A stretch of DNA of 64,000 bases. Source: Candidatus Marinacidobacterales bacterium. Its GTDB lineage: Bacteria > Acidobacteriota > Vicinamibacteria > Marinacidobacterales > DATDRI01. The first letter of the stretch is position 1; the number at the start of each line of letters is the position of its first letter. The position numbers and the translations under genes are program-made. Of this stretch, positions 1-9,223 are shown in pieces. The stretch is from assembly GCA_965219415.1 (NCBI GenBank), contig OZ244742.1, positions 1,504,001 through 1,568,000 on the forward strand, written 5' to 3'. The notes beneath the pieces were generated by a model that was given only the letters and a program-made list of their open reading frames with translations, had not been told where the DNA came from and did no database searches.

Positions 1-297
1 CCTACAAATTGCGGGCCTATCTAGGTTTATTATAACCTGACAGACTCCTTTCTCATAATACGGGGTCGCTCGACTCCGAACTGTGGAGCTTCCCTCACAA
101 CCCCGCGAAGCACCGGGGGGGCGGGCAAGAATGGCCACTTGGAGGGTATGCCCCACCGGAAGCTCCTTGCCCGTGGCAATGTCTCGCTGATAGGGCCGCT
201 CCTGAAAGCGAGCAAAACAGGGCTAGCAGTCGTTCGGTTTCTTGCCTATGATTGCGGGCAAGTTTGGTGGCGACTCGCGTAACCAGGAGGTTATTTC

Positions 298-1390
298 ATG
301 AACAGTACGGCCAGCCGATTCAGTCCGTCGAGTGCTAGATTCTCCGCAAGCCCATACATTATTGGTACCGCTCTCATCATAAGCTCTTCGGCTTGCCAGC
401 CGTCCCAGCCCGTCGAGGAATCACCTCCAGAATCGGCGGAAGGGGACGCGACTAAGATCCCTTCACCACCCGCGGGCTTCGATGCGGTCCCGGTACCTGA
501 AGACAACCCGGTCACGGTGGAAAAAGTCGCTTTGGGCGAGCAGCTCTTTTTCGACAAAAGACTCTCAGCCGATGGCACCCGATCTTGCTACTCCTGTCAT
601 GTGTGCGAGAACGGCCTAACCGATGGAAAACCAGTCGCGGAGGGAGCGCTCGGCAAGATACTCACCCGAAGCAGCCCATCCTTGTGGAACGTCGGTTACC
701 AGTCTGAGTTCTACTGGGATGGCCGAAGCCCCTCTCTCGAGCGCCAAGCAATGGCTGCCTGGACCGGCGGCAACATGGGCGCGAACGCCGAAGACGTGGT
801 GGGAGCACTGAACGAGATCGGCGGATACCGCGCCCAATTCCAAGAAAGTTTTCGGGGAGGACGCCACTCCTGACAACGTAGTCGCCGCGATCTCTGCCTA
901 CGAGAGGGTCAGCCTCCTTTGCGGAGAGACGGCCTACGATCTCTGGCGCGGCGGCGATGAAACCGCAGTGAGCGACGGCGCAAAGAAAGGAGCGGAGCTC
1001 TTCGTCGGCAAGGCCGGTTGCGGAAACTGCCATTCCGGCGTGCTCTTTACGGATATGAAGTACCACAACGTCGGAATCGGAATGGATGCAGATGAGCCGG
1101 ATGTCGCACGAGCCAAGGTGACGGGAGACGAGGCCGACACCGGTGCCTTCAAGACCCCTAGCTTGAGAGACATCAGCCGGAGCGCGCCCTATTTCCACAA
1201 CGGAAGCACCGCCACCCTCGAGGAAGCGCTCGACCTCATGCTCGGCGGGGGAATCGATAATCCCTACATCGATTCCGAAAATTTGAAAAAAGTAGATCTC
1301 ACCGCGGAAGAAAGAGCGGACCTCTTGGAATTCCTGAAGGCCCTCGACTGTCCGTGCGATTTGACGGAGCCGAAGCTCCCGGGACTCTAG
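298..1390 (+). CDS. Di-heme cytochrome c peroxidase/MauG-family protein (one frameshift near 846)
   Basis: Two CxxCH motifs (CYSCH, CGNCH), FYWDGR and FKTPSLRDI motifs, lipoprotein-like N-terminus, RBS AGGAGG. ORFs 298-873 and 968-1390 join (QEVFGEDATPDNVVAAISAYER) if one A is removed at ~846. Confidence 0.85.
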
Positions 1391-1698
1391 GCCTCTTGGA
1401 TCCAGCGATGATCGACGACGAAGGAAAATTGTGGTTTTAGTTTGCGGATTAGGACCTCCGCCGCAAGGGATCGCGCGCAACCTCGAGCCAAGAGCTCCTC
1501 GGCCGAGCCTCCCTCGGTGGCAGCTAGTTCGTCCGCAACTTCGATCGCACGCGGGGTTAGTTTGAGGGTGCCCTCGACCGACTGCCCCTCTTGACTTCTC
1601 ACCGCGACCGAATAAAGCTTGAACTTCTCGTCTTCGGTATCGGCAGGGCGTATATCCGCCTGGTATTCTTCTTCGCGCACTTTGAAGCTTGCTCTCAT
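1387..1698 (-). CDS. Hypothetical protein (103 aa)
   Basis: ORF with RBS-like GGAG upstream, same strand as and directly after the VWA gene; no recognised motif. Confidence 0.6.
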   Translation of the reverse strand: MRASFKVREEEYQADIRPADTEDEKFKLYSVAVRSQEGQSVEGTLKLTPRAIEVADELAATEGGSAEELLARGCARSLAAEVLIRKLKPQFSFVVDHRWIQEA

Positions 1699-1718
1699 TT
1701 CTTTTCTCCGCGAGTTCG

Positions 1719-2669
1719 TTAGCGCTCGCCATCCTGGTCAGGTTCGTCGAGAGGACCGGTGTAGCCTTGTCGGGCTCTGACCTTTGTCCCCTTGTGTGCA
1801 ACCTCTACTTTGATCTTGCGATAGCTGCCGTCCCTCTTGGTGTTGGTGGAGATATAGCCCAGCGTGTACTGGCTGAACAGCTCCTCCAGAATGCGATCAT
1901 AAAACTCGTCGATCTGCTCCAGAGATGTCGCAACAGCATAAGAGCCTCCGGTCAGCTTCGCAATCTGACGGAGGAACCTTCCTTGAGTGAATAGGCGCGA
2001 CGGGGATCGTCGCTGTCCACCGAAATGGATGGTGTGGATCGTAACCGAGGATGCCTTCACCATGTCCAAACAGTCCCCGATTCCGAGCGTGCTGCGTGAG
2101 TCGACCCCATCGCTGAAGACGACGAGTGTTTTCTTACCGTCGTAGTGGTAAACGCGATCAAGTACCGTGCCGATGGCGTCGTAGAGTGCCGTCCAACCCT
2201 CTGCTTCCATCTTGTAGACACGCTCGGCGATCTGCCGTTGATCGTCTGAAGAGTACTCGGAAAGACGAATGTTCTCATCGAAATCGAGAAAGAGTAAATG
2301 CTCGGTCGCGGGAATGTTATCGAGAAACTTGAGCGCCGCCGATTGCACCAGGCTCATCTCGTCATCCATGCTTCCGCTTGTATCCATGATCAAGCCCATG
2401 ACCTGCTTGCCCGACATGGCCTCCTTCATGTCCAGCGACATCCCGACCCACGAACCGTCCAGACCCTTCGCGAAGAGGCTGACCTCTTGTTCGACACCAT
2501 CTTCGTAGACGGTGAACAAGCTGGAGTCGAGGCCTGGGATGAAGTTCCCGTCTTTGTCAGTCACCGCGACCGGCACCGACACCATGTCGACTCGAGCTTT
2601 GAAACGAAGGGGCTTTTGAGCGGTAAGGAGTAGGGCGGAGCTAATCAATAAGAAGGCTTTCCAATACAT
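1719..2669 (-). CDS. VWA domain protein (Acidobacterial VWFA-related)
   Basis: Signal peptide MYWKAFLL, 'RVDMVSVPVAVTDKDG', MIDAS DTSGSM, TALYDA, FSDGVD, 'SQYTLGY..DGSYRKIKV..RARQGY'. Confidence 0.9.
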   Translation of the reverse strand: MYWKAFLLISSALLLTAQKPLRFKARVDMVSVPVAVTDKDGNFIPGLDSSLFTVYEDGVEQEVSLFAKGLDGSWVGMSLDMKEAMSGKQVMGLIMDTSGSMDDEMSLVQSAALKFLDNIPATEHLLFLDFDENIRLSEYSSDDQRQIAERVYKMEAEGWTALYDAIGTVLDRVYHYDGKKTLVVFSDGVDSRSTLGIGDCLDMVKASSVTIHTIHFGGQRRSPSRLFTQGRFLRQIAKLTGGSYAVATSLEQIDEFYDRILEELFSQYTLGYISTNTKRDGSYRKIKVEVAHKGTKVRARQGYTGPLDEPDQDGER

Positions 2670-2920
2670 CAAGTGTCCAAATAGAAGCCGGCTTCCGTCC
2701 GTTATTCCCTCTCCCCTCTGGGGAGATTCGCGGGCGCCAGGAATCGTCGTGCCACTATCAGCGGAGCCAGACGCCGGGAGAGGGGTTAATACTGCTACCC
2801 CTTTATTCTGGCCGGGCCGAAGAGAGCGAACCGTAGCACGACTCGCCACAGAGGGTCAATTCAGCGAACAATTTTCGTCCGCTGCGTTCACCCTGTTCAA
2901 GCAAATGCCGTGGGCACTTC

Positions 2921-3496
2921 TTACACTTGATCCTGGGCCGGTCCCTCGGGCTTCAGCCCGAGAACACTGGTCTGGGGTGCCAGTGTTTGATCTTCGATGC
3001 GGTCGGCCAGGATCCGTCGCGCCTGACCGTAGTAGTCACCGGGTACACGAAGAAAATCGTAGCACTGTCGAAGAAACCTATCCTCGACGCGGAGAGCAAG
3101 GACAATGTCCGGCCTCTCACGCCAACCGAGCCAGCGAATCTCCTGGTAAGGAAGGAAGCGATGCTCGGCCCAGATGCCCGAGGCATAGAAACCCTTTCGA
3201 ATCCGGAAACTCAGAGGAAAGACGACGGTGTAAAAGACCGCCATGAGCCCCTGCGCGACAGTGTGGAGAGCGGGTCGGTGCAAGATGAAGCCGCTCAAGA
3301 AAGTCATAACGATCATGAAAAATCCGATCCCGAGACAAAGGCCGAAAAACCAGGGACGAGGCGTCTCCCAAGAAAGGATAGAACTCGATGCCAGGCTTCG
3401 GAAACGGCGATACTTGATTAGGATGTAGACGATCCAAGCCGAGAAGAAGACGGACAGCCCAAAGAAAGCCACCCCCAGCAGATCATCCATGTTCAT
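2921..3496 (-). CDS. Hypothetical membrane protein
   Basis: Three hydrophobic helices followed by a soluble domain. Confidence 0.7.
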   Translation of the reverse strand: MNMDDLLGVAFFGLSVFFSAWIVYILIKYRRFRSLASSSILSWETPRPWFFGLCLGIGFFMIVMTFLSGFILHRPALHTVAQGLMAVFYTVVFPLSFRIRKGFYASGIWAEHRFLPYQEIRWLGWRERPDIVLALRVEDRFLRQCYDFLRVPGDYYGQARRILADRIEDQTLAPQTSVLGLKPEGPAQDQV

Positions 3497-3588
3497 TCCA
3501 TTCTAGCTCTGAACCGGAACCAATCACGAAGCAAAAGGCGGTGACCAGGCTTGCCCTCGATTTGAGTCGCGGAGCGCAGGAAATCCGA

Positions 3589-5103
3589 TCAATCAAACTC
3601 GCGAGGGCCCCACTCTTCTCGTACTCGAGCTCCGTCGTCTCCGCCGCCGATGCCCGGTTCGCCACGGGCATTCTCGAGCCCGCCGGGCCGCCTCGAGGGA
3701 ATGCCGCCTACGAAAGGCCGGATGAACAACCGAAACGCGTCCCGCTCACCGTGCGCACCGAGCGCCGCGGACTCTAGGCGTTCGCCACCTGGGAGGGATC
3801 GCCCTTCGAACTCGAAGAGCCCCAGTCGGGACTTTTCCGGTCGCACGGTAAAGATCGTCATGCCCGCTTGGTCGGCCCAGCGAAGGTCGTTCTCCAACGA
3901 TTGGCGGACGGCGGCGGCGGTGAGCTTCGCTGTGACGGCCGTTTCGTCCGGACTCGCCGCGGGAGAACCGCTGACATAGATCACCTGCTCAGCACCCGCG
4001 GATATCGCATCAGCGATGGTAGAGTGACCGGCAAGGAGACTGGAGGCAAATCTATGAACCTCGCCCGCGTGCCTGCCGACCAACGGCAGTCGCAGCGGTA
4101 CGCCGGGAGCGAGGCTGGGCGAAGAGACGGAGGCGGTGAGGGCATCGAACAACAGCGGACCCGACTCGCCGGCGAGACTGACCGGCTCCGCGACGAGCGC
4201 ACCGGAGCCGGGGCCACGAGCCGCCATTCGATTCAGCCAACGATCCTTTAGCAGTACGAACGGAACCTCTTGGCCACTGTCCATATCCAGAGCGTAGAAG
4301 ATGAGCTCACTAAAGCCTGGCTGTCCGAGGCTCGCGGAAAGGATGTCCCGGTAACAGTTTCCTATGTCGGCAACTTGGGGTGGATGCGTGTCGGTAGAGG
4401 CCCCTCGGACCGCTTCCCAAAGCGTTCGTCTGAGCGCTTGCGAGAACGGTGTAATCTGAATGAAGCCATCGCCTAGGAAACGGGCGACCCACCCACCCCC
4501 GGCCTCGCGAGTCGTCGGACGAAAGAGCCCAGGTAGCAACCAACCGACTAGCAACATCGCGAAAAGGATGGCCATGGGAAACGCCATCGCTCGAAGGTAA
4601 ATGGGGTCGAGCTCGGCGGAGAAAGCTGTGATGTGCTCCTGCATCCTGCCGAACAAGGAAGCCATCGTCGCCGGCGCGACGATTCGAGCCGCGGCGATGA
4701 AAGGGAGGGCTAACAAGAGCAACACCCCAAGCAAGGCCGGCGAAACGAAGACAGCGAATGCCGCGGTAAGACAAATCAAAGCTAGTCGGTACGGCGTACG
4801 AAGACTCCAGGCCCCGGTGTCTTGGATCGACGAAAAAAGACCCCCCTTACCGAGCAGCTTGTTCGAAGACTGGATGGCACCAAACGCCGCCACCAATGCC
4901 CCGACACCTTTGCCCAGAATCAAGTCGATGCGCACGCCAGCTTTTTCGAGAGCCTTGAGGGCCCCGGCCAAATAGGCCGCCGAGGTTCCTTCACCGATTA
5001 GAACCAATGCGGTGCGGCGGGACGGGTTATAAGAATGGATTCCGCCGCCTGGGCCGGCAGATGAGGGGAGGTGACTCTCCGGGAGCTCACCGGTCATCGA
5101 CAC
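3589..5103 (-). CDS. Degenerate patatin-like protein with transmembrane insertion
   Basis: N-terminal 'TALVLIGEGTSAAYLAGALKALEKAGVRIDLILGKGVGA' resembles the patatin G-rich loop and nucleophile elbow; hydrophobic segments follow. Confidence 0.7.
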   Translation of the reverse strand: MSMTGELPESHLPSSAGPGGGIHSYNPSRRTALVLIGEGTSAAYLAGALKALEKAGVRIDLILGKGVGALVAAFGAIQSSNKLLGKGGLFSSIQDTGAWSLRTPYRLALICLTAAFAVFVSPALLGVLLLLALPFIAAARIVAPATMASLFGRMQEHITAFSAELDPIYLRAMAFPMAILFAMLLVGWLLPGLFRPTTREAGGGWVARFLGDGFIQITPFSQALRRTLWEAVRGASTDTHPPQVADIGNCYRDILSASLGQPGFSELIFYALDMDSGQEVPFVLLKDRWLNRMAARGPGSGALVAEPVSLAGESGPLLFDALTASVSSPSLAPGVPLRLPLVGRHAGEVHRFASSLLAGHSTIADAISAGAEQVIYVSGSPAASPDETAVTAKLTAAAVRQSLENDLRWADQAGMTIFTVRPEKSRLGLFEFEGRSLPGGERLESAALGAHGERDAFRLFIRPFVGGIPSRRPGGLENARGEPGIGGGDDGARVREEWGPREFD

Positions 5104-5191
5104 ATCATACTCTACGGCGCCCCTCGGCCGCGATTCTCACAGACCTAAATGAGGCTCCCACCTCAGCTGCGTTAAACTAGGGCCCTGACAC

Positions 5192-7150
5192 ATGGCGAAC
5201 AACGTTCAGCAGCTCTTAAAGGAGCGACTCGCGGCGGAGGTGAACACCCTCTTCGGAGTCGAGCTTCAGGATATCATCGTGGAGACCCCGCCCCAGGCGG
5301 AGCTCGGCGATCTCGCCTTCACCGTTGCGTTCGACTTGGCCCGTAAGGCCCGGAAAGCTCCCCGAAAAATAGCCGAAGACTTGGCCCCCGCACTTCGGGA
5401 AACAGAGGGCGTCGAGCATGTCGACATCGCCGGGGCCGGCTACCTGAATGTTTTCTTGGCTCGCGGTCCGTACCTGACGGCGTTTTGTCACGGAACGGAT
5501 GTCCACGAAAAACCGAAATCCGGCAAGGTCATCGTCGAGCACACCAATATCAATCCCAACAAGGCCGCCCACATCGGCCATCTTCGTAACGCGGCGCTCG
5601 GAGACACCTTCGTTCGCGTGCTTCGATTCTGTCGCGAAACGGTTGAGATCCAGAACTACATCGATGATACCGGGGTCCAAGTCGCCGACGTCGTAGTGGG
5701 CTTCGTGGAACTCGAGAAAAAAGGCCTGAAAGAGATCCTTGCCCTCGCGAAGAAGGAGCGGTTCGACTACTACTGCTGGGACCTCTACGCCAAAGTGACC
5801 GAATACTTCGCGGCCGATCCCCGGCGCGCAACCCGTCGCGAGGCAACCCTCAAGGCAATTGAAGACGGAGCGCAGCCAGAAGCAGCTATTGGCCGTGAGA
5901 TCGCCACCCGCATCGCAACATGTCACCTCAGGACGATGGAACGAATCAGCGTTCGGTACGATCTGATGCCTTGGGAGGGCGACATTCTCCGCCTGCACTT
6001 CTGGGACCACGCCTTCGCGCTAATGAAAGACAAGCGTGCGGTACGACTCTCTGAGAACGGCAAGAATGCCGGCTGTTGGGTCATGGATTTGCCTGAGGAG
6101 ACCGACGGCGGGGCATCGGAAGAGAAAGTGATCGTGCGCTCGAACGGTACAGTGACCTACGTGGGAAAAGACATCGCTTACCAGCTTTGGAAGCTAGGGC
6201 AGCTGGATCTCGATTTCGGCTATCATCGTTTCTATAACTACCCGCAAGGGGAGACGGTTTGGTCAACCACCTCGGAGTCGAGCGAGCCAGGAGCTCCCAA
6301 TTTCGGTAACGGCACCAAAGTTTACAACGTCATCGACACCCGGCAGTCTTACCTCCAGAAGATCGTTCAGCACGGAGTCTCGCTGATTGGCTCGGAAGAA
6401 ACCGAAGGCCGGTCACACCACTTTTCCTACGAAATGGTGGCCCTCACTCCAGCCACCTGCCGGGAACTGGGTTTCGAGGTCAGCGAGGAGGAGTCGAAGA
6501 AGCCCTACGTCGAAGTCTCGGGACGCAAGGGACTCGGCGTCAAGGCCGACGATCTGCTCGACGTTCTCGAGGAGAAAGCACTCGGGGAGGTGGCGGAGCG
6601 AAACCCCGAGCTCTCCAAAGCGGAACAGGGCGAGCTCGCGCAAACCATCGCCCGAGGTGCACTTCGCTATTTCATGATCAAGTTCACGAAGAACAAAGTC
6701 ATCGCGTTCGATTTCTCTGAAGCCCTGGCCTTCGAGGGCGACACCGGACCTTACCTTCAATACGCGATGGTTCGAGCCAACAAAATCATCCAAAAGGTGG
6801 GTCTAGAATCCGAGCTCGGTCCCCTTACCCCCCCCGCAGAGCTGACGGACGGCAAAGGCTTCGAAAAGCTAACCAAGGAGGAGGCCAACGAGCTGTGGTC
6901 GCTAGCCTTCACTTCGACCGGGCTCCCGCAAGTAGCGGACCAAGTGACGCGAGCCGAAGAACCGGCTCTGCTCGCGAGGTTCGCCTTCCAACTAGCTCAA
7001 AAATTCAATGCCTTCTACCACCGGTATCCCATCCTTAGAGAGTCCGATGCCACGAAGAAAGCCATGCGCCTTTTTGTGGTGCAGATCTTCCGGCGACAGA
7101 TGGCCGCCGCGATGCAGTTATTGGGCGTGTCGGTGCCAACCCGAATGTAG
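5192..7150 (+). CDS. argS: Arginine--tRNA ligase
   Basis: EHTNINPNKAAHIGHLRNA (HIGH), NYIDDTGVQ, SGRKG, EGDTGPYLQYA, C-terminal anticodon-binding domain ending PTRM. Confidence 0.97.
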   Translation: MANNVQQLLKERLAAEVNTLFGVELQDIIVETPPQAELGDLAFTVAFDLARKARKAPRKIAEDLAPALRETEGVEHVDIAGAGYLNVFLARGPYLTAFCHGTDVHEKPKSGKVIVEHTNINPNKAAHIGHLRNAALGDTFVRVLRFCRETVEIQNYIDDTGVQVADVVVGFVELEKKGLKEILALAKKERFDYYCWDLYAKVTEYFAADPRRATRREATLKAIEDGAQPEAAIGREIATRIATCHLRTMERISVRYDLMPWEGDILRLHFWDHAFALMKDKRAVRLSENGKNAGCWVMDLPEETDGGASEEKVIVRSNGTVTYVGKDIAYQLWKLGQLDLDFGYHRFYNYPQGETVWSTTSESSEPGAPNFGNGTKVYNVIDTRQSYLQKIVQHGVSLIGSEETEGRSHHFSYEMVALTPATCRELGFEVSEEESKKPYVEVSGRKGLGVKADDLLDVLEEKALGEVAERNPELSKAEQGELAQTIARGALRYFMIKFTKNKVIAFDFSEALAFEGDTGPYLQYAMVRANKIIQKVGLESELGPLTPPAELTDGKGFEKLTKEEANELWSLAFTSTGLPQVADQVTRAEEPALLARFAFQLAQKFNAFYHRYPILRESDATKKAMRLFVVQIFRRQMAAAMQLLGVSVPTRM

Positions 7151-7172
7151 CAGCTAAGAACGAGGGGAGCGG

Positions 7173-7581
7173 CTAGGCGTCCGGATCGATCCCGTGCTCC
7201 CGGAGCCATTCGCGCGCGCGTGCCTACCTTCGCGGCCCTGAAACTGTGCCATTGTTTCCGTCGGGTCGGGTATTTCTGAAGCGCCTCTTCGAAACGCTGG
7301 AAAGCTCCCTTACCGATGAGGGCTTGATTCAGCTCTTCGATCAAACCGTCGTCGGGAAGCGATTCGACGAAATCCTCCATGATCTGGAAACGCTCGTTGG
7401 TGGTAAACGGAGAGATGTGGAGATATCGATCGGCCTCTGTCTCCATGTCACCGGGACCCTCGCCAAACTCTTCAGACACCATGACCACCTCACCGGTTTC
7501 GCGGTCATAGTAGTTCTGGATGGTGTCTAACTGCGACTCGAGCGCGTGGACCAGCGCCTCTAGACTCGCGGGGGAATCCAT
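7173..7581 (-). CDS. UPF0158 family protein (frameshift near C-terminus)
   Basis: 'YYDRETGEV...FQIMEDFV...GKGAFQRF'; an alternative frame gives the typical end 'REWLREHGIDPDA*' at 7173. Confidence 0.8.
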
Positions 7582-7718
7582 GGCCCGACGGCTTTCCTTT
7601 CTTTGTGGGCGTCAAAACGCGCTTCGGCCGTTACGAATCGCTAAACCAATCTTGGTTGGCCGTGGGCACATCCTATGACACCGAACGCCGTCCGCCAAGT
7701 GGAATCCCGCTCGAGGGC

Positions 7719-8624
7719 TCAATTTCGCTCGGGGCGCCGGCGAATGAGCCGGCTCCACCACGCCGGCCGGAGTAACCGCTCGAGTTCCGGCATCGATCGG
7801 CGCATCTCCTCACGACCGGTTTCGATGATCTCGGGAGCCTGGTTCAGATCCTGCCAACTCACTCCCGGCAGTTCCGGAGCTACGACCAACTCTGCACCCG
7901 CAACGTACTGGCTCGTCACCTCACGGCTCATGAGATAGACCGATTGCGAGATCACCTGTAGCAAATTCAGTGGCTCCCCGAGTCGTAGCACCCCCTTGGT
8001 CGGGTCGATCGCAAGCACCACCTCCCCGCCCATGTCTCGCGCAAGGTCGGCCGGGACGTTACAGGAAACACCGCCATCTACCAGGAGCCTGCCTCCTTGC
8101 TCCACCGGTAGAAAAACTCCCGGGATGGCGCAGCTCGCGAGGAGCGCAGACACCAACTCTCCTTGGTCGATAACGACCCGCTCACCGGTGTTCAGATCGG
8201 TGGCGACAACGGTTAGAGGGATCGGTAGGTCTTCGAACCGAGTCGCGGGCACGACTTTGCGAATCAAGGCCTCTAGCCTCTCCAGCGAGAGGAGACCGCG
8301 ACGAGAAAAGGCGGGGCGAGCCAGGGATCGCCAAGTGAGCGCTGCGGCTTCCCTCTCCAGAACATCAGGATCCGCGCCGGCAGCGAAGGCGGCTCCGATG
8401 ATGCTACCCGCACTGGTTCCGGCGATCGCAGATACTCGGATACCGTTGGCGACCAGTACCTGCAGGACACCAATGTGAGTCAGGGAGCGAGCCGCCCCAC
8501 CACCCAGGGCGAGCCCGAGGCGGCGGTTGCTGGCCCGTTTCAACGGATGGTTCCGAACTCGCGGGGGGGCCAAATACGAAGAAAAGCCTTCCCATAGATG
8601 TATCGCTGCGGGACGAGTCCCCAA
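7719..8624 (-). CDS. Patatin-like phospholipase (RssA/NTE family); true start probably ~8570
   Basis: LALGGGAARSLTHIGV, GTSAG, DGG motifs. Confidence 0.92.
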   Translation of the reverse strand: MGTRPAAIHLWEGFSSYLAPPRVRNHPLKRASNRRLGLALGGGAARSLTHIGVLQVLVANGIRVSAIAGTSAGSIIGAAFAAGADPDVLEREAAALTWRSLARPAFSRRGLLSLERLEALIRKVVPATRFEDLPIPLTVVATDLNTGERVVIDQGELVSALLASCAIPGVFLPVEQGGRLLVDGGVSCNVPADLARDMGGEVVLAIDPTKGVLRLGEPLNLLQVISQSVYLMSREVTSQYVAGAELVVAPELPGVSWQDLNQAPEIIETGREEMRRSMPELERLLRPAWWSRLIRRRPERN

Positions 8625-9223
8625 CTCCGGCTATCATTGCTACCGCGCCGGTTGTCACCGAGAACGAAGTAATGTCCCGCACGGACTTCCTGAGAAGGAG
8701 AGCTTCGTCGGTCGACGTGCTCCGGCTTCACGTACGGCTCTTCAACAAGCTCGCCGTTCACGAGGAGCTTGCCGCGCCTTATTTCGACCCTATCACCGGG
8801 GAGAGCCGCTACCCGTTTGATGAAGGAGACGTCGGGATCTTCCGTGTACCAAAACACGACGACATCGCCGCGGGCGATGGGACGAAAGTTATAAATGAAC
8901 TTGTTGACCAGAATGCGCTCGCCGTCTGCCAGCTCCGGAGCCATGCTAGTCCCCTGCACCTTGAACGCTTGGACAACATAAGTAATGAGCAGCGCACAGA
9001 TCACGACCGCGATGGCAAGATCGTGAAGCAGATCGATGACGTGCCGAAAGGGGCGAACCCTTGGTTTAGAAACGATCGGCACGCCGAGGGTGGTCGACTC
9101 GGCGGCGGGTGCCGGTGCAGCGGGGTCGTCTTCAGTAATAAAAGGTTCCGTCAATTCCTTACTCTGGGAGTTGCGCGTGCGCGTGAGGCGTCCGCTTACC
9201 CGCCGTCTGTTCAGGACCGCCAA
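8540..9223 (-). CDS. lepB: Signal peptidase I
   Basis: GTSMAP, RGDVVVF, FIKRV, GDNRRGSNDSR. Confidence 0.95.
   Translation of the reverse strand: MAVLNRRRVSGRLTRTRNSQSKELTEPFITEDDPAAPAPAAESTTLGVPIVSKPRVRPFRHVIDLLHDLAIAVVICALLITYVVQAFKVQGTSMAPELADGERILVNKFIYNFRPIARGDVVVFWYTEDPDVSFIKRVAALPGDRVEIRRGKLLVNGELVEEPYVKPEHVDRRSSPSQEVRAGHYFVLGDNRRGSNDSRSWGLVPQRYIYGKAFLRIWPPREFGTIR

Noticed and set aside
60-210. Cobalamin riboswitch at window start
   Set aside because: Only a GCCACGGGCAAGG look-alike; the other conserved blocks are absent or out of order.
871-873. TGA in the cytochrome c peroxidase as selenocysteine
   Set aside because: The downstream part is in a different frame; a 1-nt insertion explains it.
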